A stretch of DNA of 63,208 nt, filler included, from Sphacelaria rigidula (taxonomy: Eukaryota), in the NCBI GenBank assembly GCA_964200075.2. It is 7 parts of 7 records of this genome, joined end to end, with 100 filler letters (N's around TTAATTAATTAA, not from the genome) between each part and the next. Parts side by side here need not be neighbours in the genome. Positions count along the whole stretch, not along the records: positions 45,224 to 54,166 come from CAXNAA020009690.1; positions 54,267 to 63,208 come from CAXNAA020009691.1; 5 more parts are not named here. One strand, given 5' to 3'. The notes under the pieces are model-generated. The model was not told the origin of the DNA and did no database searches. It saw nothing but the letters and a program-made list of their open reading frames with translations. A program made the translations under genes and the position numbers. Below, in pieces: positions 51,410-63,208 of the stretch. The first letter of the stretch is position 1; each line of letters begins with the position of its first letter.

Positions 51410-51800
51410 GACTCTTTGCACGACATTAATGAACGCTTGTTGTTCAGGTCGGGGTCACACGTTGCCAGATTATCTTGAAAATATATGACAAACATTACTT
51501 TTGTGGCTTCGCCAGTGATGGCGTACCAAATGTCAAGCCCCCAGATATAGGCATGTACTACGTAAGCCCAGGTTTTCAGCACAAGCGGATAGATATTACT
51601 TTCAGCTTACCCCGCCAAGCCTGTTCATGTGGTCTTGGACGATAGCCGAATGAAACCTGTATATATTTTTATCAAACGTTTGTACAGGGAGCGACACGTT
51701 CGAGAAGTACAGTTGGCTACGGGTTCCCGCGGGCGGGCGTATCTCAATTTCCACTCCCGATGGTTGCCAGGTCTTCGTGAAGGAAGGGGAATGGCGCTGA
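47630..51800 (+). CDS. Tandem ChrR-like cupin (cupin_7-type bicupin) protein (last 5 exons, 5' partial)
   Basis: Exons 47630-47714, 48501-48547, 48898-49055, 50623-50738 and 51688-51800 (TGA) are GT-AG and phase-consistent. Translation: VRYDSNSQFGEHGHPDGEEILVLEGSWQDANGDHPTGTYMLNPEGFRHAPGAKDGCILWVKLRQ...LDTESMPW..GVKAKSLY..MRIEEWAAG..EYLFVEG..SWLRVPAGG..DGCQVFVKEGEWR*. Confidence 0.88.
49247..49503. mobile_element. MITE (~257 bp) in a cupin-gene intron
   Basis: Imperfect TIRs gagcaatgccacggtaggggtgcac / gtccacccctaccgtagcaccactc, with gaaa on both flanks. It is homologous to 8714-8946. Confidence 0.65.
51368..51406. repeat. (CT)n microsatellite
   Basis: About 19 uninterrupted CT units. Confidence 0.95.
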
Positions 51801-53168
51801 GGCATATTCTGCTTGAAGGACGACTGCGAAGCTGCGTAGGTGCAGTATTATGGAAGCACAGTGTTGATTTAGTAGGTCGTGACAACGGTCATGAATACGC
51901 ACTAATTCGACCGGTCACGTATGCATGAGAGAAATTTGAGGATGTGTTGGTATAATGATGTGATTTAAATGCTACCTCAACACGCGCTAATTGATCGTTC
52001 CGGGGTATATGTCTAAAAATCAATGAACGTGCGTCGTGCAGGGCGAAACGTAAAAACAGGACTATGTAGTGGAGTATGACTATGTATATTGTAGTAATAT
52101 GATCTATTTATTTTCTTGTCGCACTTTGAACCCCTCCCCTTCCTCGGGATGAGTCCGTGGCCTCAAGGGATAACCCATCTCTCCCCCGGTACACGCCTTG
52201 CATTTTGATCTCGTGGATTGGGACAACACTCCCGCACCGCGTCGACTCATTTCAAACCAACTCAGTCGACTGCTTGATTTTGAAAAGACTGAAAAGCTTA
52301 ACCAGCAATCAATCGCACGGCTGTCGGCGGGCGGCTAATGGGTACTACTAGCATGACCCGGTGCGACTGACGGGATATAGCTGTACCGAGAGAGAGATGG
52401 GCTGATCCCTCGAGACCACGGACTCGTCCCGAGAAAGGGGAAGGGTTGAATGTGGAACTAAAAGAAATGTCGACCGGGTAATGACTGGAGGGTTTCATGG
52501 GGAAACGTGGTGCGGTCGAAAGTGGGCGACACAGCCGTCACCATAGTTCATCGGGAGGCGCTGGAAGACGTGTAATGGTGTCGGGGCTCATGTCATTTTA
52601 TCTCGAAAACTCGGACGATTTTCAATATGGTCTACTTCTTGCGAAGGGCGCGACTCCCCCCTTGTCTTTTTCTACAGTGTTTTGTTACGTGACTGCCAGG
52701 TGCACGCTCGTCGTGTTACGCGTCAAAACTAAAAGAATAGAATCAAATGCGCGCGTCGTTGGAGGGTTGGGAGTCGGGCAATATATATACCAAAATATGG
52801 CTGACGTGAGTAGGTTAACGTGATCTCATGGGACAGATTGCGACTGCAAATTCGCATACGTTCTTCCGAGTGATGTCTCTATGCAATGGCGCGGGTTGTC
52901 TCATTTGCTGCATGTGCGACTTCACGAGATGCGGTCAGATTTTCGCATTTATCAAGTTTCGTTCTAGCGTTCTGCCATTATCGCCTCCGCGGTACTCTGC
53001 ACTCTCCTTGCTTAAGGATTTGCGTTAAGGCGAAAAGTACAGAAACCCTGAACCGCTTACACAGTGAAGATGATACACCTCCAGGATCATTATTTTATGT
53101 TCGGGTTGACCTCTCCAAACGTGCGTCAGAAAAATGCCCGTATTTGCATGTTACCCCTCGTTTACGTG

Positions 53169-53470
53169 GTGAGATACCCATGAGGCCGTGTGTAACCCAC
53201 GGCTGCCTCTGGAAGTGGCGACACCGGAGGATGAAGCAACTCATTGGAAGCTGTAATCCATATGCAAGATAATCAGTACGCTTCGGACCGAACAATAATG
53301 GCAGGGTGCAGTTCACCCCTTCGTGCGACTCGCCGAACACACCACGGCGCTTCGTGCTTGGTGATCGACTGCGAGCCTGGTCCGGCGAGAACACGGCGTG
53401 GTCCGTCCCGGCTTCGTACGGATGCTAGGTCAACGATGATATCACTACGGCGTGCAATATCATGAGTACA
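53169..53470 (-). mobile_element. LTR-like dispersed repeat, copy of 10646-10944
   Basis: Co-linear with 20010-20303. Confidence 0.65.
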
Positions 53471-55970
53471 CCCTCCATCCTCTTCAAGTAGATTTTGTTG
53501 TACGTCACCCAGATTGTTTATCCGCCGCTGAGCGTATCGCAACTCCTTCGTCTACCTCATCCAAAAGCTCATGATTGGGCTCTTCGAAACAAGACGTAAT
53601 TACTTCTGAAGCAAATCAATGACTGACCTACGGTTAAGCCGTATGTATGTGCAGGCGTGCAGACCGCCAATAATGAAAGACGATCGGACGCTGTCTTCCA
53701 TCGCCCCGAATTTCTTGTTGTAATTTAACTCGACCGATTGAGTGACACAGCAAACGGCAGACTTCGGGCGTAATGGTATAGGCCCTGTAGAATGGGGTGT
53801 ACTTTGTACTTCAGCCTCTGCCAGACGATCTAAACAAGAGGACTTTCAACGGGAGACTCCTCCAGTATCACTGGCCTCGTGCTCGACAAGTCCTTTCTTC
53901 TCACTTAGTATTATCACGGAGTGATCCAGAAACAGACCACATCATGAGCCAGACAGCAAGGGACCACATAGATAAGGGCCATCAATCCAGGATCCCCTGT
54001 CCCCTGCCACTGCTCCAATCATGCATGCGATTATACTGAAACCTACGGCTTGGTATCATTTGGCTACAGTACATGTTCAGAAATGAGCAGTGGCCAGCAT
54101 ATTTATTAAATATCAATATCTGGTTGTGCAGTACTTATTATAGGGAGGGGGGGGGGGGGGGGGGGGNNNNNNNNNNNNNNNNNNNNNNNNNNNNNNNNNN
54201 NNNNNNNNNNTTAATTAATTAANNNNNNNNNNNNNNNNNNNNNNNNNNNNNNNNNNNNNNNNNNNNGCCATCAGCACGCCACCCCCCCCCCCCCCCGCCC
54301 CCCCTATAAACCCATGCGCCTTTCCTCGTAACGCTGTCGAAAACAGTTCATAGTATCATGCCCTGGGTACACAAAATCTGCCCCAACGGTCGACGAGCGG
54401 ACCCCCAGCAGGGGAAGGGACTGCGCTCAACTTCCCTCGCGAGAAAAATACACTCGCAAGCACCCCAGGAGGTGGAGTACCAACCCGTGTTGATCCTCCT
54501 CCTGTCAGACTCCGGCTGGTGCGCCCACATATACCGAAAGGCGTATACTGGCATCCAGAATGGATGGAACAACAACTCACACACGCAGTGGTACTGTATT
54601 TTGCTGGCTCGCCAGGACTAAATCAATTCAACTGCACTCAGAATCGATCACACATGTTCGGCAAGCTATACTATACTGTTGATCAATAAGTTTGATTAAC
54701 CAGGGAGAACATGGAAATTTCAAACAGTACATGCTTGCTCAACGTGTTTCCTCTACATGACATGCTTGTATGCGGGGAACCATGTACGCTCTTCAAACAG
54801 TATATGCATAAGGCTTCCCAGAGTATACCTATGAATCCAAGATTGATCACACCGGGGGGGTATTGGGGGGGGGTAGGGTAGCATGCTCAACAAACAATTT
54901 AAGAAACGAAAAAACAAAAATCATGCATTGGTCCGCATTTGCCCGCAGCATGAGAAGTGTACCGTTATTGCAGGACATGATACTTCGATCATACGCCAAT
55001 ATACAGCAGACTGTAATGCAGTACGGTCTACAAGCAGTGATCAGCCCGGGGAGCAGTACACAGAATCAGTTGACATGAGATAATGCTACGTGGAATCATT
55101 CGTAACAATACTTCGCAATTCCGTTTCTGTTTGCAATCGGCATGCTTAACGTGTTTCTTCAGCGCTCAATGTCTGTGAACAAAAAAACAACCGCATCTCA
55201 TATGACCAGCCAATGTGATCTTGCCCCCTCCTGTACTGTACATCGCGGTCAGTTGAAGTCCTGACTTTCAATCCATACAGTTTGGAACACAAGTAGTTGT
55301 GCACACAAGGCAACATATCTGTATAACGCAACATCTCTCGTCGAAGTCATCTCGAGTCAAAAATGTAAGTTGAACTATTGTAGATGACGGAATATAACAC
55401 CCCTTTCTACAGTCAAGGGGATCATATCATTGTGCAGTGGAGAAGGGAAAAAACGGAAGTCTCAAACAGATGAGAACCAAAGTAGGGCACACATAGAATA
55501 CTCTAAAATTACACTTGCGCTCCGTCTCACTACAGAGCGAGCAGGGCGTGATGCTGAATGAAAGAAACAAGGAATAAAGGGAAGGACAATATATTGCCAA
55601 CAAAAACAATCCGAATGTACGCCTGCAAAATGAATCTTCGACATGGTACACGTGACGAGACATCAATTTAGTGTGGCATTCTATAACAACCCCAGTTTAA
55701 CAGAAGAACAAGGACATATGACACTCTAGAAAGCAAGAAAATACGCAAACCAACTCGCAAACTAGAATAGAATGACTTTTTACCGATAACAAAACATTGT
55801 TGAAGTCATCCTACTCCTCGACCCTGGTTTTTCTATCAAGATTCGATGTTCAATCGAAGGAAAAAAATAACAAGGGAAAACGTGCCTTTGTTAGAACTGC
55901 GGCTCGTGTTGAAGTAGAAGCTGGGAAGCTGATGACTTTGTCGTCCTGGACGTGGCTTGTTCATTGTCGT

Positions 55971-56240
55971 TCGGATACTAGAGTTGGTGACGTGCGTGTC
56001 GAGGGATATAACCGCTGCCGATCTTGGGTACCTTACTGCTCCGGTTAGCTCAAAAATACAAAAAAAAATGAATACATGCCTTCGGGGCTCCTCCGGCCAT
56101 CTGAGATAAAAGCTGAGAAGCTGTGATTTTGTTGTCCTTGATATAGCTGCTCATTGGCGTTTGGATGCTAGTGTTGGTGACGCGCGTGTCGGGGAGTGTT
56201 TCCGCTGCCGATCTCGGGTACCGTACTGTCCGGTTAGCTC
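55971..56240. repeat. ~80-bp direct repeat pair spaced about 190 bp apart
   Basis: gttggtgacg.gcgtgtcg...ccgctgccgatct.gggtacc.tactg..ccggttagctc occurs at about 55971-56051 and 56161-56240. Confidence 0.75.
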
Positions 56241-57302
56241 TTGTGTTGCTGTGATGCTGTCCGTTGTTGTTGTGTTTCTTCTTCTCTGCGGCGTATGCGC
56301 GTTTTGATTATGCTCGTGGTTGAAAAAACCCGTTTTAACTCTCCTTTTGAATACCGTAGAGAAATTTTGTATCATGTTTGACGTTCTAAGAAAGCCTTGA
56401 GGTCGCCTGAGCGAAGCGTAGCCTGATCCCCTGGAGGACTGAGCCTACGACATGTAAATCCCTAGCAGTCCGTACATGAGCCGTGACCCAGGTCATGCTA
56501 GCATAATAGAAAGCCTCATGCACCGGGTGCATTGTCGCGGGAAGTTGTAGGCCTGCCATGGCCAGTTGAGACCAGGTATCGTTTATGTAATTAATTCACC
56601 CATATTTGCCCACTCACACACACGCACTGAAACCACCACTAAATCGGAACACACCCAACGAACACCTAACCGAAAACCACTGAACGAAGAGGGGTAGTCA
56701 TTCCTGGGGAAAACGCTCATACAAACATGACATGTCATAATCCCATATTTTCGGCACGCGAAAAAGCGTGTGCCCCCAGTAGATTTGTACTGCAAGTACC
56801 ACATCGGGTAAACCTCAAATAACAGGACTAGTATCTTATTCGTACTTCCCTTTTGTGTCATGATCCAATCTTGATATCCGTTTCCCTTGTATCCAGGCAG
56901 ATCCTGGAGCGTAAGTATAATCGATTACAGTATAGCGACGAAAGCTAGCGATGATCAGGTTCGCCTGCCGTACAGCCGCCAGCGTTGCTTGAAAGCCACA
57001 AGACCGTTGCGGTCGGCGGTTGATGGCGTGGGTGTCAAATGCAACGACAAGCGGTCGATCATAGAGCACCCTTGTTCTTCGTGGGGTCATATCTTGCCCC
57101 AGGTTGTAGTGCGTGACCTCCTCACATCGGAATCGATTCTTGAAAGCTACTGTACCGAGGTGTTCACGCAGCTCGCGCATGCTCCAGATTGCAGCATGGA
57201 TACACCCCTCTGCACCACGCTAGCGGCGGTTCGGTCACCACCATAGGTATCATTTTTCACTCCGCATTTCAAGAAGGTCTGCCTGAGTGTTTGATGTCTC
57301 AT

Positions 57303-57340
<38 letters not shown>

Positions 57341-57682
57341 CCCCCGCCCCGCCCCAGCAACACCCGGCGCCCACGACCCCCCACCACCCCACCAGACCCT
57401 CAGAACAACCACCNNNNNNNNNNGGGTCGGGCCCCACCATAGGTATCCTTTTTCCCCCCCCATTTCAAGAAGGTCTGCCTGGGTGTTTGATGTCCCATCC
57501 CCCCCCCCCCCCCCCCAGCAACTGGCGTCTCGCACGCTCTTGACGTCGGGCACCCAGAGGGTCACTCACATACACGTCGGGTAAAATCGACGATGAATAA
57601 CACCCCCCAAGTTCCAATTGGATATATCTGTTGTTTTCGCCGCAGCACCGCCCTTGCTGGCATGTATGTGACACAGGACAGT

Positions 57683-58068
57683 AGTAGCGGTGACGGGAAC
57701 ATTGTTCTATTTTCCAACGACAAGTTTTTCAGCGTACAGAGGCGCGTCCTGTCCAAAGAGAGAGGCGGAGAGAAATCGATCCACGCATTATTGAGCTGCA
57801 CAGGCAAGAAGAGACGAACCCTCTCGGCACCTCGATGTTCTAGCACATGGGAAATTGGGTACATGCTGGTGACATCCATGATGCTAGTCTCTCGAGCGGT
57901 TGGGAATCGTCGAGCGAGGACACAAAAGGGACACGGGCGAGGGGCTTCCTCTCTGACGTTGCTTTTCTCTCTGATGATATCGTCATCGACACGCGTGTAC
58001 ACCGCATTCGTTAGTTGCATGTAGCCACAGCTGCTTAACCGCTGCGGACATTTAGGGGGGAAGATGTC
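57683..58068. repeat. Dispersed repeat with a diverged inverted copy at about 62590-63070
   Basis: gatatcgtcatcgacacgcgtgtacaccgcattcgtt is the exact reverse complement of part of 62710-62750, and co-linearity extends about 390 bp. Confidence 0.8.
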
Positions 58069-58116
58069 TTCCGTGACGGTTCAAGAGACTACCGACTACA
58101 CTACTGACCAGTCAGC

Positions 58117-58395
58117 GCTGACTGGTCAGTAGTCTAGTTGGTTAACTCTTGAACCGTCACAATAGTTAGTCGCTGGGTCGATTCCGGTCGGACGCACTTT
58201 CTTTGAAGACAAAAAGACGATAGAAAACCTCTGTAAAACTTCGCCCAAGAGAAAAAGGGTGGGGTATGGCCTGGTGGCTATCTTTGGAGTTGACTGCTGC
58301 GGACATTTGGGGGGGAAGATGGCTTCGCTCTGTGTAACTGTGTCGCGCCATCCCTGCAAAAACGAAATGCCACTTGACCCTCATTTTTGAGATGG
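58117..58395 (+). mobile_element. tRNA-derived SINE with an Asp-like head
   Basis: A-box-like tagtctagttggtta, anticodon-loop-like ccgtcac and B-box-like gggtcgattcc. The 3' region gctgcggacatttggggggaagatgg...atccctgcaaaaa..atgccacttga is shared with 62590-62690 (inverted) and 58040-58066. Confidence 0.6.
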
Positions 58396-58829
58396 ACTCC
58401 ATTTTCAGGATCCGCTGTTATCTGCTTGCGTGTTGTTACCCACATAGCATTTTCAGTACGACTACAGTACGTATCAATTGTTTTCCCCTGCACTGGACCG
58501 TGCCTTATTATATAGAATTTTTAGTACGAGTACAACAGTACGTACCAATTGTCTTCCCCTGTATTGCTTCTTCTTCTTCTCGTGCGGAAGGCGGTGCGCG
58601 TTTCGACCTGCGACAATACCAATACCCCCTTGCGCGTGAGTGTCGCCCTCCTTGAAGTCGCTGGTCTGTTCGCGTGCTGTTTTACCGTCTCGGGATCACT
58701 TGTTCCTCACCCTAGCTTGCTAGATCACAACGGCTCATGATTTCTTATCATGCTCTTTTTCCATCATGACAAACGAAAAGAAAAAAAGGAAATTAAAAGC
58801 GCGATGCAGAGCAGAGCAATCTATCTTCA

Positions 58830-59082
58830 AAGTATGCTTCCATTTCTTCACTTGCTGGTGGCCAATAACAACTACTAAACGCCATACAAATTTGGATTTT
58901 GATAACTGAAATGTTGGGGTCCTGGATGAAAAATCAATGTGGGGAGATTTAAGGTGTCCAATCGGCCGCCAAAATTGTTTCTTCACCCAGGACCTCGACA
59001 TTTCGGTTATTGAAATAAAAATTTGTATGGCGTGTAGTAGTTGTCAATAGCCACCAGTGAGTGTAGAAGTTGAAGCATACTT
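58830..59082. mobile_element. ~250-bp imperfect palindrome (MITE/foldback-like)
   Basis: aagtatgcttc..acaactact..acgccatacaaattt pairs with aaatttgtatggcgt..tagtagttgt..gaagcatactt. Confidence 0.7.
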
Positions 59083-60337
59083 GGAAAATTTGGTGTGGAT
59101 ACGAAGATTTTAATCCTCTGGGTTTTCATCCCCAATGAAGGATCCATCCCCAATTCGTAAAATCCCGTGTTAGGTTGGAGAAGCTTTTTTTCATTCCGCT
59201 ATGAACTCTGAAGAGTAACGACGGTTTTCAGAGTGAAGAGGGGCAAACGGCGCTCTGACTATGAGAAAATCGCTCTGAGAAAAAAATCAGAGTGGAATGT
59301 GCACCGTTACCGGTTATTTTTCCTTGCAATCTGACTCCAAGATGGGAAGGGACGTTTTCCGAAACTCTCCAATGACTGTTCACAATAGTATGTTGTGATT
59401 TTCAGGTCAGACATTTCGCCGAAGGGCGGATCATTGTGTGTTCGTGCGCAGGTGGTTCCACAACTGTGCGCCGTCGGACGCGTATCTCGCGTTGAGAGCA
59501 GTAGTAGGGCGTGGCCTCGACTTGTGTCGTTATGATGAATTACCGTCTCCGCTTTGTACTTGGAAACACTGAACTTGACGGAGTCTACCGGTGTGACTTC
59601 CAACACCTTTTGCGTCTGGTTTAACCGAGCATGTTCGTCGCCAAGATTTGACGCTTGCTACGATACCCCCCCCCAAAACAAATACACAATGATCGAACGA
59701 TTAAGGCAAGCAGCAAATGAGTACGCCCCACCCTAAAAAAACACACCACAAAACGGTCACGAAGAAAATCCTCATACAGCGCCTCATGTTTGGTTTCACG
59801 CTGCATGAAGCTCCTCTTATGGGCGACATTGTCGAATATATGAACGAAATCGAGTGGGATTCCCAGCAGCTCATTGTGCTCGTTTTTTTTATTTCTACAA
59901 ACCAGCCATTTGTTTGGGAGCGGCTATCGTAGAAACTGCTGATGATGTTGGGGCTTATAGTCCGTTTGGTACCAGAACAGATAGTCTCGACACGGTCAGC
60001 AGGTTGGGACTCCCAGCAGGTTTTGCCGCCAAGCTCCAACAAGGGATTGGGTCCCTGTCCGCGAAAAAAGAAGTAACGTGTCATCTAACTACCAACTTCT
60101 GCTCACAGTGCGAATCTCGCACCACTCGATGCGTCTCTGTATAAGCAAGAGATTTTTTGTGAGCTCTCCTATGAGTTTGATCAGCGTTTAGTTCCTACGG
60201 CTTGCGGAAATCAATATCACGTCTTCAGGCGACAGGCAAGAAGCATCGAATGTGCAGAACATCTTGAATTGAATAAGATCCCGGGACGATCATTATTATA
60301 CCGATCTGAGCTCACAGGGCGACTCTCGCGCCACTTA

Positions 60338-60681
60338 ACAGGGGATTCCACAAAATGAGGTTGATCAATGAAATGAGGTTTGAGGAGGCTAGCCAGTATG
60401 CGACAAAAACCCGAGGGAAGTCCCGTCCGCAAGTGCCTTCGATCGATACCGGGGGGGGGGACTCATTTGTTGCTTGGCTCAATCGTTTGACCATTGACCA
60501 CGCCCCGTCTCGAAAGGGCTATAGTCAAACGACTGAGGCAAGCAACAAATGAGTACGCCCCCCCTCCCGTTATCGATCGAAGGCACTTGCGGACGGTACT
60601 TCCCTCGAGTTTTTGTCGCATACTGGCTAGCCTCCTCAGACCTCATTTCATTGATCAACCTCATTTTATGGAATCCCCTGT
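60338..60681. mobile_element. Young foldback MITE, 344 bp, ~155-bp TIRs, flanked by TA
   Basis: TA|acaggggattcca.aaaatgaggttgatcaatgaaatgagg ... cctcatttcattgatcaacctcattttatggaatcccctgt|TA, with few arm mismatches. A related fragment lies at about 59690-59733. Confidence 0.85.
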
Positions 60682-63208
60682 TACTTGTTGTCGGCAGAAA
60701 AGTTCTGTGAGGTCTCCTATGGGCTTTGAAAAGCTACTATCTCCTGCGGCATGCGAAAATCGGTCGTGGGTTGTCAGGCTACCGTCGACAGGAGAGACGC
60801 CTAGCGCAGATCCTCAATTAAAACACGATTCTGGTAAAACAGTGATGTTCATACCGATTTCAGTCCACAGTGTGAGTCTCGTGCCACTCGATGAATCCTG
60901 TGTAGTCAAGATGGTTTTGTGAGCTGTTTTTCCTCCTGAGCAGCTCTCGTTCTCTATGGCATGCGAAAATTGATGTTGCGCTTTCCGACCACAGTAGAAG
61001 CGCCGAGCCTGCAGCAGATCCTATATCATACACAATTATGTTACGGTCGTTTTTATGTCGATGGGTCACCCCTTGATCGATCGATCCCCCGAAACTGATC
61101 TTAGCCCACAATGCAAACGCCATGCTCCTTAATGTTCTCTGCATAAATCTGCGTAAATTTCTGCGTAGACCAGATGCTTTGGTGAGCTCCTTTATATCTT
61201 GAAAGCATGCAGCCGCTGTTGTCTCCTGCTGCAGGCGAAAATCACTTTTTTTTGTTCGGGACGCAATCTGCCGTACATGCTAAGTTAAATATGAACATGT
61301 TGGGGATGCAGTGTCCTATCTTGCGATTCGCAGTTCAAGCTCCAAGCCAACCTAACGTGGATCTTGCATCAAGTACAACACCATCACGGATCGCCTGGCC
61401 GGAACCTATGACTCATGGTCAATGAGAACATTCATGTAGGAGCGCAGTTATTCCTGCGCCCGACCGCCGCCCGACTGGATAAGGGTGGTTTTGTCGGCAT
61501 AAGCTGACCCCAACAAGCAACTATAGACATGACTACGCGTAGGAGAGGCTGTCATAACCCACAGACTAGTCTGTACTTCGTGTCAGCGGTGATGCAACAC
61601 ACAGCCTAGTCAGTAGGTCATGCTGACAAGCTTAAAGTCCAAACTCAACCATGCAGATATTTACTTTTATCCTGTGCTGGGATCCAAACGTAATCCCGGA
61701 AATGCAGGCTTTGACCCGACGTTGGAGCACGGTTAAGGGGGCCACGTTGATGAAGAGGAGCATATTATGCGAGTAACCGCCAGGTTTGGTGAACAGGAGG
61801 TAGCGGCCGACACGGGCCGTGAAGGCTTCACTCTCTGTTCGAAATATTGGCTCGTGTTGTGTGGTACTGTCCTCGAGACAGGTTGACTGCCGTCGCGCGA
61901 ACAGTAGTGTATGGCTGAGGGCACACCGTGATGGTTAGACCACTTGCTTCTGCAGCAGACAGAGAATGAAAAAGGACAGGTGGTTTTTTGGGGCTTTTCA
62001 CTTAGCCAGAACAAAATCGAACAGCCTGTTTTGCATGCAAAGGGCTGAAGAAACGAAGGAGAGTGATTGCGTTGGACCCCGAGGTGAGGGGGTCCGAGAA
62101 TCTTCAATCCTGGAGTAAAAGGCCAATCCGCACACGTACGTAAAATCACATCGTATAATCCAATTTAACATCGCTAATACTGACGCGGTAGCCTTGCCAG
62201 ATCTTAGCTTAGATCAACTGCAATCTCGCGCACAAGATATCCCTTCAGATTATGTGGCCTAGATATTGTGCTAGAGTATTCTTTTACTGAAAATCGTGGC
62301 AACACGCCTACTCCAGCAATATCCTACTTGAAACGTCACTCAATCAAGTAGACTATAAGTTGCCATAAAAGAGGTACTCCGCAAAAAGATACACGTGGTT
62401 CGTGATTTCTTTGAACCGTCATGAGTTGTACTGCTCATCTTTTCTGCCTCGACTTTATTCAAACGCAATGAATATAGACTGTACCACCTAGGTCCCCCCC
62501 CCTCATGAATGAGATGTCGTTACCAAAAGGAAGGTAGAGTACTCAAAACACCAAGTGACAGCGGGTACTAATTTTCGGGTTTGATCTCTATAATAATGAG
62601 GTTCAAGTGGCATATCCTTTTTGCAGGGATCACGCGAAGCAGTTATACGAAGCAAAACCACCTTCCCCCCCAAATGTCTGCAGCACTTGAGCAGCTGTGG
62701 CTAGGTGCAACGAACGAATGCGGTGTACACGCGTGTCGATGACGATATCACCGGAGGAGTAACGACAGAAAGGAAGCTCCTCACCCGTGTCCTTTGTGTG
62801 TCCTCGCTCGACCATTACCAATCACTCAAGAGACTGGCATCATGAACGTTACCAGCATGTACCGAATTTCTCATGTGCCAGTAGGCATGTTATATTGCTG
62901 CACAGCCCGTCAAAGAACATCGAGGTGCGGAGGTTTTCGTCTTTTCTTGTCTGTGGAGCTCACCAGTGCAAATATCGATTTCTCTCTGCCTCTTGTTTTG
63001 GGCAGGGCGCGCCTCTGTGCGCTGCAGAACACGTCGTTGAAAAAGAGGGCGATGTTCCCGTCACCGCTACAAACAACGTTTTCGTGAGATTGAGAGTAGA
63101 TCGCTGATTGAGAGTGGATTTTATCACTCGCTTTGACTTCGCCAATTAACAACAAATTGTGCGAATTGAGCTTTAACTCCGAGATGAGGTTCAAGCCTAA
63201 AACAGTGC

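Noticed and set aside
57238..57517. Apparent tandem duplication around a 10-N gap with long poly-C runs
   Set aside because: The second copy differs mainly by substitutions towards C next to homopolymers. This looks like low-quality read ends or an unmerged overlap rather than real duplication.
58117..58197. Functional tRNA-Asp gene
   Set aside because: The acceptor and anticodon stems do not pair properly, and it runs into a repeat body, so it is treated as a SINE head.
59905..60072. Candidate exon ICLGAAIVETADDVGAYSPFG...SAKKE
   Set aside because: The splice sites are plausible, but there are no partner exons or recognisable domain.

Overview
This is eukaryotic, intron-rich, repeat-dense DNA, most consistent with a brown alga (Phaeophyceae). 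That assignment is inferred from splice-site style, Ala/Gly/Pro-rich exons, an ASAF-like presequence and the transposon repertoire. The window is not one locus. It is seven unrelated contigs of 8946, 8945, 8944, 8944, 8944, 8943 and 8942 bp, sorted by length and joined by artificial 100-bp spacers (44 N + TTAATTAATTAA + 44 N), so nothing can be inferred across the spacers. Almost all ORFs in the supplied track are spurious. I reconstructed four partial spliced genes with phase-consistent GT-AG introns: (1) a PI4-kinase III-beta-like gene with a PH domain between its helical and catalytic regions (8 exons, minus, 27210-34717); (2) a bacterial-type tandem ChrR-like cupin gene (5 exons, plus, 47630-51800); (3) an ankyrin-repeat, two-transmembrane, Pro-rich protein whose last ankyrin repeat is split by a ~4-kb transposon-filled intron (20845-26671); (4) the 5' exons of a probable plastid-targeted protein (minus, 15500-16026). 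The rest is transposon debris and repeats: pogo, DD39D-like mariner, Gypsy and DIRS/Ngaro-like relics, several MITE/foldback families, a tRNA-derived SINE, an LTR-like dispersed repeat and a ~4.8-kb G-rich ~210-bp satellite. I found no CRISPR array, rRNA, intact tRNA or multi-gene novel system. The intron-containing ChrR-like bicupin and the PH-containing PI4K are the best leads.
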